Position numbers and translations under genes: made by a program. Below are positions 46,776 through 55,464 of a stretch of 64,000 nucleotides of DNA, piece after piece (the stretch's first letter is position 1; the number at the start of each line of letters is the position of its first letter). Origin of the DNA: an uncultured Candidatus Saccharibacteria bacterium (lineage in GTDB: Bacteria > Patescibacteriota > Saccharimonadia > Saccharimonadales > UBA10212); assembly GCA_964460855.1 (NCBI GenBank), contig CAYWQH010000002.1, positions 7,506 to 71,505 on the forward strand, given 5' to 3'. Under the pieces are notes generated by a model that saw only the letters and a list, made by a program, of their open reading frames with translations, did no database searches and was not told the DNA's origin.

Positions 46776-46926
46776 ATCAACCGGCCGCCATATGGTTATA
46801 GTAGCTTACTTCGGGCGTCTGAGTAAGTGCTGAACCGCCCGCCAAAATTTTTTATGCATGCTGTAGCATTTTTTATAGCAGTTGGGCCGTTGAACCAAGA
46901 TAATTGGTTTGGTAAAGGAGGCAAGC

Positions 46927-47073
46927 ATGGGTAACCAAGCTGATAAAGATAAGCGCCAAAATGAAGAAACCAAACCGGCGATGAACGACGTGCTGTACCA
47001 GCAGGGCATAGAGTCTTCGCAGGTAGAGTCGTTAGATAAACAACAGATACAGGAAGAAATGGAAAGCGAATAA
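46927..47073 (+). CDS. hypothetical acidic micro-protein (48 aa)
   Basis: AAGGAGG lies 7 nt upstream of the ATG. The ORF reads MGNQADKDKRQNEETKP...EEMESE. Confidence 0.4.
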   Translation: MGNQADKDKRQNEETKPAMNDVLYQQGIESSQVESLDKQQIQEEMESE

Positions 47074-47113
47074 ATTTATTAAGCCGCTTTTCAGCAGCAT
47101 GGCTTAAAATGGT

Positions 47114-48271
47114 ATGGTGAGCAGCAGCGATAAGCGTATTTTACCTATCGACCTGGTTCGCGGTTTTTTGCTTTTTGTAATTATTGTTGACCACGTTGAA
47201 TTTTTCCCCAGCCTTTACGACCTGGTAACCGGCCGCGGCAGAATGTATGTTTCGGCGGCCGAAGGATTTTTCCTGACGTCCGGCTTTATAGTCGGCTACA
47301 TTTACCGCAAGCGTTTAAGTAACGGCCTGGCATATGTGTGCAAAAAAATCTGGTCGCGGGCCGCCAAGTTTTATTTGTTATCGGTAGGCCTGACCCTAAT
47401 GTTTACCTACTGGGCTTTAAAATCGCACCATCCAGGCATTAAATATGGCTTGCCGCCCAACCCGGACTGGCACCACATCATCAGCCAAACACTGACCTTG
47501 CAATATTCGTTTGGCTGGGCTGATTTTTTGCCGCGTTACGCGGTGTTTATGGCGATCGCGCCGCTGGCGGTATTTTTACTTTATAAAAGGTTATGGTGGG
47601 CGGTGCTGGCCCTAAGCGTGAGCGCTTGGTTATTACGCGACCAGAATTTCTTTTTATCCTGGCAGATTGTTTTTTTCCCGGGGATAGTCATAGGCTGGCA
47701 TTGGGACGCCATTATCAACTACTTAAGGCAGCTGAGCCATAGCGTAAAACGCCGCCTGACAATAACTCTGTTAACTACGGCATTTGTCACATTGGCGCTT
47801 AGTTACGCCAGTGTTTATTTCCTGACATTGCTTAACCAGAACCAGCCAAAACTTCCCGTCTGGCTGATGCACTTTACGCTGCACTGGAACGCTTTTAATG
47901 ACAAATTGTGGGTATACAGCCAAAAATGGACACTTGGCCCCCTACGGCTGGCATTCTTCGCCTCATGGTTTGCCGCTACAATGTTGCTTGTCAACCGCCT
48001 GCAAAAGCAAATAAATTACTATACTAAAGGCTTCTTGGCCCTGCTGGGCCGCAATAGCTTGTTTGTTTATGTCCTGCACGCCATTGTGATATTCGCGATA
48101 AAAATGGTGGCACCCACTACTACCGGTTTAATGCTGGGCTTCGCCATTACCAGCGCCGCGCTTTTGTCCGTACTGACCATTACAGCAACATACGTCCAAT
48201 GGAAAAAACGGCCGGTGGATACCACCATTGGTACGTGGGTGCGCGATTTATTCAGCCGCGAAACGAGCTAA
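47114..48271 (+). CDS. OpgC/acyltransferase-3-like polytopic membrane protein
   Basis: RILPIDLVRGFLLFVIIVDH is typical of OpgC and acyltransferase_3 N-termini, and the protein has about 10 TM helices. Confidence 0.55.
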   Translation: MVSSSDKRILPIDLVRGFLLFVIIVDHVEFFPSLYDLVTGRGRMYVSAAEGFFLTSGFIVGYIYRKRLSNGLAYVCKKIWSRAAKFYLLSVGLTLMFTYWALKSHHPGIKYGLPPNPDWHHIISQTLTLQYSFGWADFLPRYAVFMAIAPLAVFLLYKRLWWAVLALSVSAWLLRDQNFFLSWQIVFFPGIVIGWHWDAIINYLRQLSHSVKRRLTITLLTTAFVTLALSYASVYFLTLLNQNQPKLPVWLMHFTLHWNAFNDKLWVYSQKWTLGPLRLAFFASWFAATMLLVNRLQKQINYYTKGFLALLGRNSLFVYVLHAIVIFAIKMVAPTTTGLMLGFAITSAALLSVLTITATYVQWKKRPVDTTIGTWVRDLFSRETS

Positions 48272-48422
48272 ATATCGACTAAGCTTAAGCCAATTTTAAG
48301 CAATAATTACTTAAATAATATTGGCCAAAAGTTACTGTAATATTTTTCATAGTAAAAGCATTACGCTTTTGGGTTAATACAGGTACAAACGTAAGCAATA
48401 AGTCACTTTATTAGGAGGGGAC

Positions 48423-48557
48423 ATGTCAACGCAATATAAACAATTTGATTGGAAGCCGATTTTTGAGCGCCGGTTTACGATTTCGGAAATTCCCAAACCA
48501 AAGAACTTACAGGGACTGAGCCTGGATACCGAACATAGCGACGACAACGACGTATAA
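48423..48557 (+). CDS. hypothetical micro-protein (44 aa)
   Basis: AGGAGGGG lies 5 nt upstream of the ATG, and a strong terminator follows. Confidence 0.4.
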   Translation: MSTQYKQFDWKPIFERRFTISEIPKPKNLQGLSLDTEHSDDNDV

Positions 48558-48577
48558 TATTATTACTTCTGACATTT

Positions 48578-48610
48578 AAAACGCTCCCGTGCCAGGGGGC
48601 GTTTTTAGTT
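48578..48610 (+). terminator. intrinsic terminator
   Basis: ACGCTCCC/GGGGGCGT form the stem, followed by TTTTT. Confidence 0.7.
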
Positions 48611-48690
48611 TAAGCATTTTGTAAGAATTCTTATAGTTGAAAAGGCATATTGGTACTTATACTTTAGGGGCAAACTTAGAGGGGAGTCTA

Positions 48691-48807
48691 ATGAGCACCA
48701 GTTATAACGATATAGGCGCCAGCGCCGTTAACTGCAGCGACATTTTGGTACCGAGGGCCCGGGGCGACGAAGTAACCCATAGTGGCCATACTGTTTTTGA
48801 CCGTTAA
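48691..48807 (+). CDS. hypothetical micro-protein (38 aa)
   Basis: GAGGGGAG lies upstream of the ATG. The ORF reads MSTSYNDIGASAVNCSD... Confidence 0.3.
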   Translation: MSTSYNDIGASAVNCSDILVPRARGDEVTHSGHTVFDR

Positions 48808-48862
48808 TTTTTAAATCGATATAAACAACTAAGCAGTTGGGTTTTTGTAGTTGGAGTTATAT

Positions 48863-49054
48863 ATGAATAAGTATGGACCGAAAGCCAGGCGGGAAATTAG
48901 CCGCACCATGCAGCAATTTGCTAAAGGCGAGTTGCGCAGCGGCCCGGACCGCCGCAAAGTTAAAAACTATAAGCAAGCCGTAGCAATTGGTATTTCTCGG
49001 GCCCGCAATAAGCGTTATAAAGTTCCGGGCGGGCCAGCTGAAACCGAATCATAA
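48863..49054 (+). CDS. small basic protein, DUF6496-like (63 aa)
   Basis: GPKARREISRTMQQFAKGELRSG...KQAVAIGISRARNK resembles the family I recall as DUF6496. I prefer the ATG at 48863. Confidence 0.55.
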   Translation: MNKYGPKARREISRTMQQFAKGELRSGPDRRKVKNYKQAVAIGISRARNKRYKVPGGPAETES

Positions 49055-49056
49055 AT

Positions 49057-49091
49057 AAAAATGGCCGCCATATTTAAATGGCGGCCATTTA
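49057..49091. terminator. bidirectional terminator between convergent small genes
   Basis: AAAATGGCCGCCA/TGGCGGCCATTTT is a perfect stem flanked by an A tract and a T tract. Confidence 0.7.
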
Positions 49092-49118
49092 TGACTAAAA
49101 GCCATAAATATTTTGGTT

Positions 49119-49271
49119 TTACATATCCAGATCGAGCTCTTTGCCCCTATTGGTCCGGCGTAGCTTTTCCACTTTCATGGCGTATTTGCTGGCCAGCCGG
49201 TCGTAGAGGTCTTCTAACTCCTGTTGGCTGATATCCCTAAAACTATAGTTCATATTAATTTTTTTGCCCAT
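49119..49271 (-). CDS. hypothetical micro-protein (50 aa)
   Basis: GGGAG lies upstream of the ATG. The ORF reads MGKKINMNYSFRDISQQELEDLYDRLASKYAMKVEKLRRTNRGKELDLDM. Confidence 0.4.
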   Translation of the reverse strand: MGKKINMNYSFRDISQQELEDLYDRLASKYAMKVEKLRRTNRGKELDLDM

Positions 49272-49398
49272 TACCTGCTCCCTAACTTAGCAATTCCTAC
49301 TGTAGCTTAAGCGTGATATCAACAACTGTAAGAAAAATTACATTAAACAAAGAAGGCGCTTAAAATAAAGCGCCTTCAGCATTAAAGATAAGCAAAAG

Positions 49399-49506
49399 TT
49401 ATTTATTGTGCTTCTTGCCGGTACCCTTTTTCTTCTCGCCGCCTAAGCGGCCAGCGCGGGCGTGGCCATCGCTATCGCCATGCCAACCTCGTCCTTGTCC
49501 TGCCAT
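49399..49506 (-). CDS. KGG-repeat general stress protein-like micro-protein (35 aa)
   Basis: AAGGAGGAG RBS is present. MAGQGRGWHGDSDGHARAGRLGGEKKKGTGKKHNK resembles the stress-induced KGG motif (compare YciG). Confidence 0.55.
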   Translation of the reverse strand: MAGQGRGWHGDSDGHARAGRLGGEKKKGTGKKHNK

Positions 49507-49676
49507 GCTACTCCTCCTTAAAATTAATTGGCACGTATTACTTTAAAAGCAAAATTAATAGCTTACTATTAATTATCTTACTTAGCATTACAGTTTTCCA
49601 CGGCGAACCGTAAGAATTTTAATAGTGGCTTCCAAGCAATAAGCTTATGCTATTCGTGTAATAAGGGAGATGGGCA

Positions 49677-49766
49677 ATGGATTATGAGCTTACCGAATCC
49701 AAGCAGTGGGAGCAGCACCTGGAGTTTAAGATCCTCCAAGACGGCATTAGCGACAGAGACCTTTAA
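49677..49766 (+). CDS. possible 29-aa micro-protein
   Basis: AAGGGAGA lies upstream of the ATG. There is no other support. Confidence 0.25.
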   Translation: MDYELTESKQWEQHLEFKILQDGISDRDL

Positions 49767-49841
49767 ATTGTAACTTTTCTTACTGCTTAGGTAAGGCAAT
49801 TCAAAGTACTATAGCAAAGTAAAAATAAGGAGTAAGACCAT

Positions 49842-50111
49842 ATGTTAAATATCATCGGTTGGATAATTTTAGGAGCCCTAGCTGGTTGGATAGCTTCGAT
49901 AATTATGGGAACCAATGAAGAGCAGGGCGGAATTGCTAATATAATTGTCGGTATTGTCGGCGCTCTGCTCGGCGGTATCATCAGCAACGCCTTGGGCGGG
50001 CCTGGTATATCCGGATTTAACCTTTCAAGCTTAATAGTAGCGATCTTGGGATCGGTATTACTGTTGTTCGTAGTGAATCTGTTTCGCCGCCGCCCGGCAA
50101 TTAACGGCTAG
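49842..50111 (+). CDS. GlsB/YeaQ/YmgE (transglycosylase-associated) stress membrane protein
   Basis: MLNIIGWIILGALAGWIASIIMG...GIIANIIVGIVGALLGG is the family signature. Confidence 0.85.
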   Translation: MLNIIGWIILGALAGWIASIIMGTNEEQGGIANIIVGIVGALLGGIISNALGGPGISGFNLSSLIVAILGSVLLLFVVNLFRRRPAING

Positions 50112-50133
50112 TTAACACTAGCCGCAATGCTTT

Positions 50134-50160
50134 AAGCGCCCGCATTACGCGGGCGTTTTT
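50134..50160 (+). terminator. intrinsic terminator
   Basis: CGCCCGC/GCGGGCG form the stem, followed by TTTTT. Confidence 0.7.
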
Positions 50161-50202
50161 ATTAGGCTTGATATTTAGGAAAACTAAATATAAAATTGAT
50201 TT

Positions 50203-50529
50203 ATGAAGCTCGCGGATAATTTTAGGGGCCATGTGGAATTGTTGGTAATGGCCGCACTAGCCAGAGGTCCGTTGCATGGCTACGCGATAATGGCCCATAT
50301 ATACGACAAATCTGACGGCCGGCTGGATTTTCCGGAAGGTTCGCTGTACCCGGCCCTCTATAAACTGGAAAAAGGCGGACTGGTAACCAGCCAATGGCAT
50401 ACGGCGGGCGGGCGCCGCCGGAGAGTATATAAACTTAGCAGCCAGGGCCTGGCAGCCCTGGAACAGGCTACCGGCCAGTGGCAGAAATTTGCCGGATCGG
50501 TATCCAAGCTATTGGAGAAATTCGTATGA
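50203..50529 (+). CDS. PadR family transcriptional regulator
   Basis: LLVMAALARGPLHGYAI...GSLYPALYKLEKGGLV...RRVYKLS is the PadR winged-helix pattern. Confidence 0.9.
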   Translation: MKLADNFRGHVELLVMAALARGPLHGYAIMAHIYDKSDGRLDFPEGSLYPALYKLEKGGLVTSQWHTAGGRRRRVYKLSSQGLAALEQATGQWQKFAGSVSKLLEKFV

Positions 50530-51317
50530 AGCAAAGTGCCAAATCCCAAGCTAAAATCGAACAATACCTGGATAACCTACAAGGCCGTTTGTACGGCCCT
50601 GGTCCAAAAGTGCGGCGGGTTATGCAAGAAGTGCAAACGCACCTGGAAGAAGCCACAGCTGAAAATCGTAGCAAGGGAATGCAGCCGGATGCCGCCGCCG
50701 ATGACGCTATTAAAAGATTTGGGGCACCGGATTACGTAGCCAAGAAATTTCTGGATGCCGGTTACCCGGGTTATTACTGGCAACTCGCCCAGGAATTATT
50801 CCGCTCCGCCTGGTTAGTAGGGACTGTAGCTTTTATAACGCTGGCAATATCCGGCCTATTGGCCACCGGCTTAAGATCGGTAAAAAGCGACCAATTCGTG
50901 GCCGGTGACCTGCCGGGAGTAACCTATACCGCCCAGCGCTGCGCTGATTACTACCGTTTGGCGCCCGGTAAAACTACTTGCTCACTGGCAGCCGCCACAC
51001 ACCACGCCGATGAAGTTACACAATATAGGATTACGCTTGGCCTGCTCGGCCTATTGTCACTGGGAGCATTTTGGTTGAATTGGCGGTTATATAAAGAAAA
51101 GGTCAGGTTCCGGCTACTTCCCGGTGGTTTCACTATGCTGCTTGGGGCCGGTTTGGCCGGCGCCGTCGCACTTATTACGTTGCTGCTATCGCTGGACTAT
51201 TTAGCAGGCGGCGGCAATGGAGCTGGCATTTACTTAACCGATGCGGCAGCTGCCGCTTTAGCTTGCCTGGGCTTTGGCTACCTTTATCTTAAAAATATTC
51301 AAAAATATAGCATTTAA
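50526..51317 (+). CDS. PadR-associated membrane protein (DUF1700/HAAS-like N-terminus)
   Basis: The ATGA overlaps the padR stop. IEQYLDNLQGRL...MQEVQTHLEEA...AIKRFGAP is followed by TM helices. Confidence 0.65.
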   Translation: MKQSAKSQAKIEQYLDNLQGRLYGPGPKVRRVMQEVQTHLEEATAENRSKGMQPDAAADDAIKRFGAPDYVAKKFLDAGYPGYYWQLAQELFRSAWLVGTVAFITLAISGLLATGLRSVKSDQFVAGDLPGVTYTAQRCADYYRLAPGKTTCSLAAATHHADEVTQYRITLGLLGLLSLGAFWLNWRLYKEKVRFRLLPGGFTMLLGAGLAGAVALITLLLSLDYLAGGGNGAGIYLTDAAAAALACLGFGYLYLKNIQKYSI

Positions 51318-51409
51318 GAAACAATTGCCGGTATTTTAATAGTCTTGCGCTGTATGGGGGCTGACTGTATTATTGTTAATAAGTTAAGTATTTGGAGATA
51401 GAAACTGCT

Positions 51410-52867
51410 ATGGCCAAAGCTAAAAGAGAATTATCAAAGCACTCCGAAAATAAATGGGTCATCTTAGCACTGTTGGCTTTAGCCCAGTTTATGGTGATTT
51501 TGGATGTCGCTATTGTAAACGTTGCGCTGCCATCAATTAACCGCGAACTACATTTTGCAGCCGGTGGCCTGCAGTGGGTTGTCACCGCTTATACTCTGAC
51601 TTTTGGCGGCTTTTTGCTGCTGGGCGGCCGGGCATCGGATTTATACGGCCGGCGCCGGATTTTTATCGGCTCAGTTATCGCGTTTTCACTGGCTTCGCTG
51701 GCCTGCGGCCTGGCCCAGTCAGATACGGGATTAGTAATTTCCCGGGCAATCCAGGGCTTGGCGGCGGCCGTTATGTCGCCGGCAGCTTTAAGTATTGTTT
51801 TGGCCGAATTCGAAGAGGGCAAAGAGCGTAATACGGCCATGGGCGTGTGGGCCGGCGTAGCCGCCGGTGGCGCCGCGGCCGGTGTATTGCTGGGCGGAAT
51901 ATTGACGCAATATTTGAACTGGCGGTGGAACTTCTTCGTAAACGTACCGGTCGGAATCTTCGTGGCCATAGGCGCCGTGAGGTTATTGCCGCACCATATT
52001 GGCGAAGAAAACCATAAAATTAAGCTGGATTTAATTGGTGCTTTCCTAGCTACCAGCGGATTAATATCGTTAGTATTCGGATTGTCCAAGGCACCAACTA
52101 AAGGCTGGGATTCCACGTTTGTGTGGGGCTTTATAGCGGCCGGTATATTACTGTTAATTGCCTTTATATTTAATGAAAGCCGCACCGAACAACCGATGAT
52201 GCCGCTGAGTATTTTCCGTATCCGCAACGTATTGGGCGGTAACCTCGCATTCCTGGCCGTCGCCTGTACCTTGTTCTCAATGTTCTTTTTCCTTACCCTG
52301 TACGTCCAAACCGTATTGGGCTATTCGCCGGTTAAGGCCGGGCTTTGTTTCTTGCCGGTTACGTTAATTGTCGGCGCTACGTCAGGCGTTGTTTCCAACC
52401 TTGTTAATAAGATAGGTTACAAGCCGCCAATGGTTCTAGGGCCGCTGTTTTTGGCGCTTGGATTGTTTACGCTAAGCCGCATCATGAAAGTTGGCGGCGA
52501 CTACTGGCACAACGTTTTCCCTGGCTTGGCGCTATGCGCCTTGGGTATGGGCTTGACCTTCGTATCTGGCACCTTGGCAGCGACATCGGGCGTGCCAAAA
52601 CACTTCTCCGGATTGGCTTCCGGCCTGCTCAATACTTCGCAGCAAGTTGGCGGAGCCATTGGCCTGGCTATACTTTCTGCCGTGGCATTCTCATCGATCA
52701 AGTCAGACGCCATGAGCGGCGTCCAACCTTTGCAGGCCCAGGTTAATGGCTACACAAGCGCCCTCCAAGTTGGCGTCGGGCTGGCCTTAGCCGGATTCCT
52801 CGTAGTAATACTGTTAGTGCAAAACCATAAAGTCGATGCCCGCGAGGCGATGACGGCAGCTGCTTAA
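51410..52867 (+). CDS. MFS transporter, DHA2 (EmrB/QacA-like) family
   Basis: LAQFMVILDVAIVNVALPSI, GGRASDLYGRRR and 14 predicted TM helices are present. The start is uncertain (TTG at 51392 or ATG at 51410). Confidence 0.85.
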   Translation: MAKAKRELSKHSENKWVILALLALAQFMVILDVAIVNVALPSINRELHFAAGGLQWVVTAYTLTFGGFLLLGGRASDLYGRRRIFIGSVIAFSLASLACGLAQSDTGLVISRAIQGLAAAVMSPAALSIVLAEFEEGKERNTAMGVWAGVAAGGAAAGVLLGGILTQYLNWRWNFFVNVPVGIFVAIGAVRLLPHHIGEENHKIKLDLIGAFLATSGLISLVFGLSKAPTKGWDSTFVWGFIAAGILLLIAFIFNESRTEQPMMPLSIFRIRNVLGGNLAFLAVACTLFSMFFFLTLYVQTVLGYSPVKAGLCFLPVTLIVGATSGVVSNLVNKIGYKPPMVLGPLFLALGLFTLSRIMKVGGDYWHNVFPGLALCALGMGLTFVSGTLAATSGVPKHFSGLASGLLNTSQQVGGAIGLAILSAVAFSSIKSDAMSGVQPLQAQVNGYTSALQVGVGLALAGFLVVILLVQNHKVDAREAMTAAA

Positions 52868-52897
52868 GATAGCTCAAAGTTTAAATAAAAATAACTG

Positions 52898-53173
52898 CTA
52901 AGGGCTGGTTGAGTTTGTGCTATTTTGCAAACTGTGGACAACATGGTCGACAAAGGGAATTGTGTCGAAATAGCCTAAAATCCATAGCAAAATTGCGATT
53001 ACTACTGTGCCGCCGATAAAAGCGCCGGCGCCGGCGGCAATGCCTTTTAAAAATGAAAACCAGATAGCACGGTTACGGTTGGTGTAGCCCATTTGCTGCA
53101 AATCTACCAGCATTTTGCCGACTTTAACCAGTTCTTCATTTGATGTTTGAGGTTTTTTTGTAGCCATTGCCAA
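52898..53173 (-). CDS. hypothetical small membrane protein (91 aa)
   Basis: The ORF has FLKGIAAGAGAFIGGTVVIAILLWILGYF. It is possibly DUF5665-like. Confidence 0.5.
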   Translation of the reverse strand: MAMATKKPQTSNEELVKVGKMLVDLQQMGYTNRNRAIWFSFLKGIAAGAGAFIGGTVVIAILLWILGYFDTIPFVDHVVHSLQNSTNSTSP

Positions 53174-53186
53174 TCAGGATAACATA

Positions 53187-53606
53187 TTATTTTGCGGCCA
53201 GGCAGTTTAAGCATAAGCCCTGGATTTCCAACTGGTGTTGGTGGGCCCTGGCACCGATTGAATTACTTAATTGAGAAATCTTTTTTTCGAGTGGCTGGTC
53301 GCTGGGTAATACCTGCGTAATACCGCAATTTACACAGTGGAAATGGTGGCGGTGCGATGTAAACAAGTCGGTTAGCTCGACTTTATATTTCCAACCCACA
53401 TTTATACGGTGTACTATGCCAAGCTGTTCGAATAAACTGACGGCCCGGTAAACGCTGGCCCGGTCGACGCTGCCTTTGGCCCGGCTGACCAATACCTGCA
53501 TGGTTTGCGGTTCCTGGCCTTTTAGCAGGTTAAACACCTGGCTGCGGGCCGTTGTGCGGCTGTAACCATTTTTCTTGAGTATTTCTTCGAGCGTTGCGTG
53601 GGCCAT
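53187..53606 (-). CDS. Fur-family metalloregulator (Zur-like by context)
   Basis: A winged helix is followed by HHHFHCVNCG...C..C metal sites. It is divergent from a ZIP transporter gene. Confidence 0.85.
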   Translation of the reverse strand: MAHATLEEILKKNGYSRTTARSQVFNLLKGQEPQTMQVLVSRAKGSVDRASVYRAVSLFEQLGIVHRINVGWKYKVELTDLFTSHRHHFHCVNCGITQVLPSDQPLEKKISQLSNSIGARAHQHQLEIQGLCLNCLAAK

Positions 53607-53623
53607 ACAGCCATACTATTTTA

Positions 53624-53651
53624 ATTGCGACAATTTTGCAAAATATTGCGA
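53624..53651. promoter_or_regulatory. candidate Fur/Zur operator in the divergent promoter region
   Basis: ATTGCGA-CA-ATTTTGCAAAAT-ATTGCGA: a perfect 12-bp AT-rich palindrome (53633-53644) is flanked by direct ATTGCGA repeats. Confidence 0.35.
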
Positions 53652-53673
53652 ATCGGCGTAAGCTTTTTAACAA

Positions 53674-54393
53674 ATGCTACCCTTTATATTCGCTGTTCTG
53701 ACCTTTATCTCTACTATGCTCGGCGGGCTGATTGCCTTGCGCAGCCAAAAATATGTCCGCCGCATTATGGGCTTTACGGCAGGAGTATTACTTGGTGTGG
53801 TAGCGTTTGATATTTTACCGGAAATAGCTAATATAACGGGTGACCGCGAATTTAAGCGGGCGATGATCGCTTTAGTAGTAGGCTTTTTATTTTTCCATAT
53901 ATTGGAAAAATCCATACTTTTGCACCACACCCACGAGGGGGAATATACTTCCCATAGCCACCCCCACGTTGGCCGGGCAAGCGCCTTGGCGCTTTCCGGA
54001 CATAGTTTTTTGGACGGTGTCGGTATCGGGTTGGGTTTTCAGGTTAATAATACGATAGGCATAGCAGTGGCTATCGCTGTTATTGCCCATGACTTTACCG
54101 ATGGCATGAATACCGTAATCTTAATGCTGGTTAACAATAATAACCGCCGGCAGGCCCTAAAAATGCTTCTACTTGACGCGCTAGCACCCGTAGTGGGCGT
54201 AATCTCGACATTGTTTTTTTCGATTCCAGACAACGCCTTAATTATTTACCTCGGCTTTTTTGCCGGTTTTTTGCTATACATTGGTGCCAGCGATATCCTG
54301 CCGCAGGCCCATGCCAAAGGCAGCTCTCGGTTTACCATCGGCCTGACTATTTTAGGCGCGCTGTTTATATACGTAGTCACCCAGTTTGCCTAG
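53674..54393 (+). CDS. ZIP family metal (zinc) transporter
   Basis: A His-rich loop (HHTHEGEYTSHSHPH) is followed by HSFLDGVGIG and AIAVIAHDFTDG, which are ZIP signatures. Confidence 0.85.
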   Translation: MLPFIFAVLTFISTMLGGLIALRSQKYVRRIMGFTAGVLLGVVAFDILPEIANITGDREFKRAMIALVVGFLFFHILEKSILLHHTHEGEYTSHSHPHVGRASALALSGHSFLDGVGIGLGFQVNNTIGIAVAIAVIAHDFTDGMNTVILMLVNNNNRRQALKMLLLDALAPVVGVISTLFFSIPDNALIIYLGFFAGFLLYIGASDILPQAHAKGSSRFTIGLTILGALFIYVVTQFA

Positions 54394-54408
54394 CTGTACA
54401 ATAGTTGT

Positions 54409-55464
54409 ATGGTTATAGCCGTAATTATTTTGGGAATTATTTGCCTGTTACTAGCCGGCCTGCTGGTTTGGAAGCAGCGAGCCCCCTCCACTACGGATTC
54501 GGCCTTAATGTTAAAAGCTGACCTGACCGAATTGAATAAATCTATGGACTCGTTAAAAGACGGGCTGCAAAAACAAATGCAGGACCAAATGGGCCAGAAC
54601 AATAAACAGATGACTGCCCAGCTGCAGCATAGCGCTAAAATTATCGCCGATGTCACCCAAAAATTAACCGAGCTGGAACGCACCAATAAAAATGTTGGTG
54701 ACGTAGCTGCCGAGCTTAAAATGCTGCAGAATGTGCTGCAAAACCCCAAGCAGCGCGGCGTTTTGGGCGAGTATTACCTGGAGCAAATATTAAAAGATAT
54801 GCTGCCGCCCGGTACTTTCGAACTGCAGCACAAACTTGGTGAAGGTTTGGTAGTAGACGCCATAATAAAACTGGACGAGCAGCTGCTGCCGATAGACAGC
54901 AAATTCTCGCTGGAGAACTACACGCGGCTACTGGAAGCCAGCAACGACGAAAAACCGGCCCTGGAAAAAGCGTTTAAGGAAGACCTCAAAAAGCGTATAG
55001 ACGAGACTGCGCGCTATATTAACCCGGCCAAAGGCACTCTGGACCAGGCTTTTATGTTTATTCCCAGTGAGGCTATTTATTACGATTTACTGGCCAATCG
55101 GGTCGGGTTGGGCGGCGTTAACGGCCGCAATTTAATGCAGTACGCTGCTGCCGATAAGAAAGTTATCATTGTAGGGCCCAGCACCTTGGCAGCCATGCTG
55201 CAAGTGGTGGTGCAGGGCATGCGCTCATCGCAAATCCATAACGACACCGAAAAAATCCGCAAGAACATCGAGCAGCTTAGCCGGCACCTGGTTGCCCATA
55301 ACAAATATATGCAAAGGTTGGGCGGCAGTTTAGGCACGACGGTAAATTATTTCAACCTTACTTATAAAGAACTCGGCAAAATCGACAAAGACGTAATAAA
55401 AATCGCCGAAACCGAACAGGCCATCGAGCCGGCCCTGATTGATAAGCCATCTCTCGACGAATAG
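54409..55464 (+). CDS. rmuC: DNA recombination protein RmuC
   Basis: An N-terminal TM helix and coiled coil are followed by QRGVLGEYYLEQIL...PIDSKF...FMFIPSEAIY. Confidence 0.9.
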   Translation: MVIAVIILGIICLLLAGLLVWKQRAPSTTDSALMLKADLTELNKSMDSLKDGLQKQMQDQMGQNNKQMTAQLQHSAKIIADVTQKLTELERTNKNVGDVAAELKMLQNVLQNPKQRGVLGEYYLEQILKDMLPPGTFELQHKLGEGLVVDAIIKLDEQLLPIDSKFSLENYTRLLEASNDEKPALEKAFKEDLKKRIDETARYINPAKGTLDQAFMFIPSEAIYYDLLANRVGLGGVNGRNLMQYAAADKKVIIVGPSTLAAMLQVVVQGMRSSQIHNDTEKIRKNIEQLSRHLVAHNKYMQRLGGSLGTTVNYFNLTYKELGKIDKDVIKIAETEQAIEPALIDKPSLDE

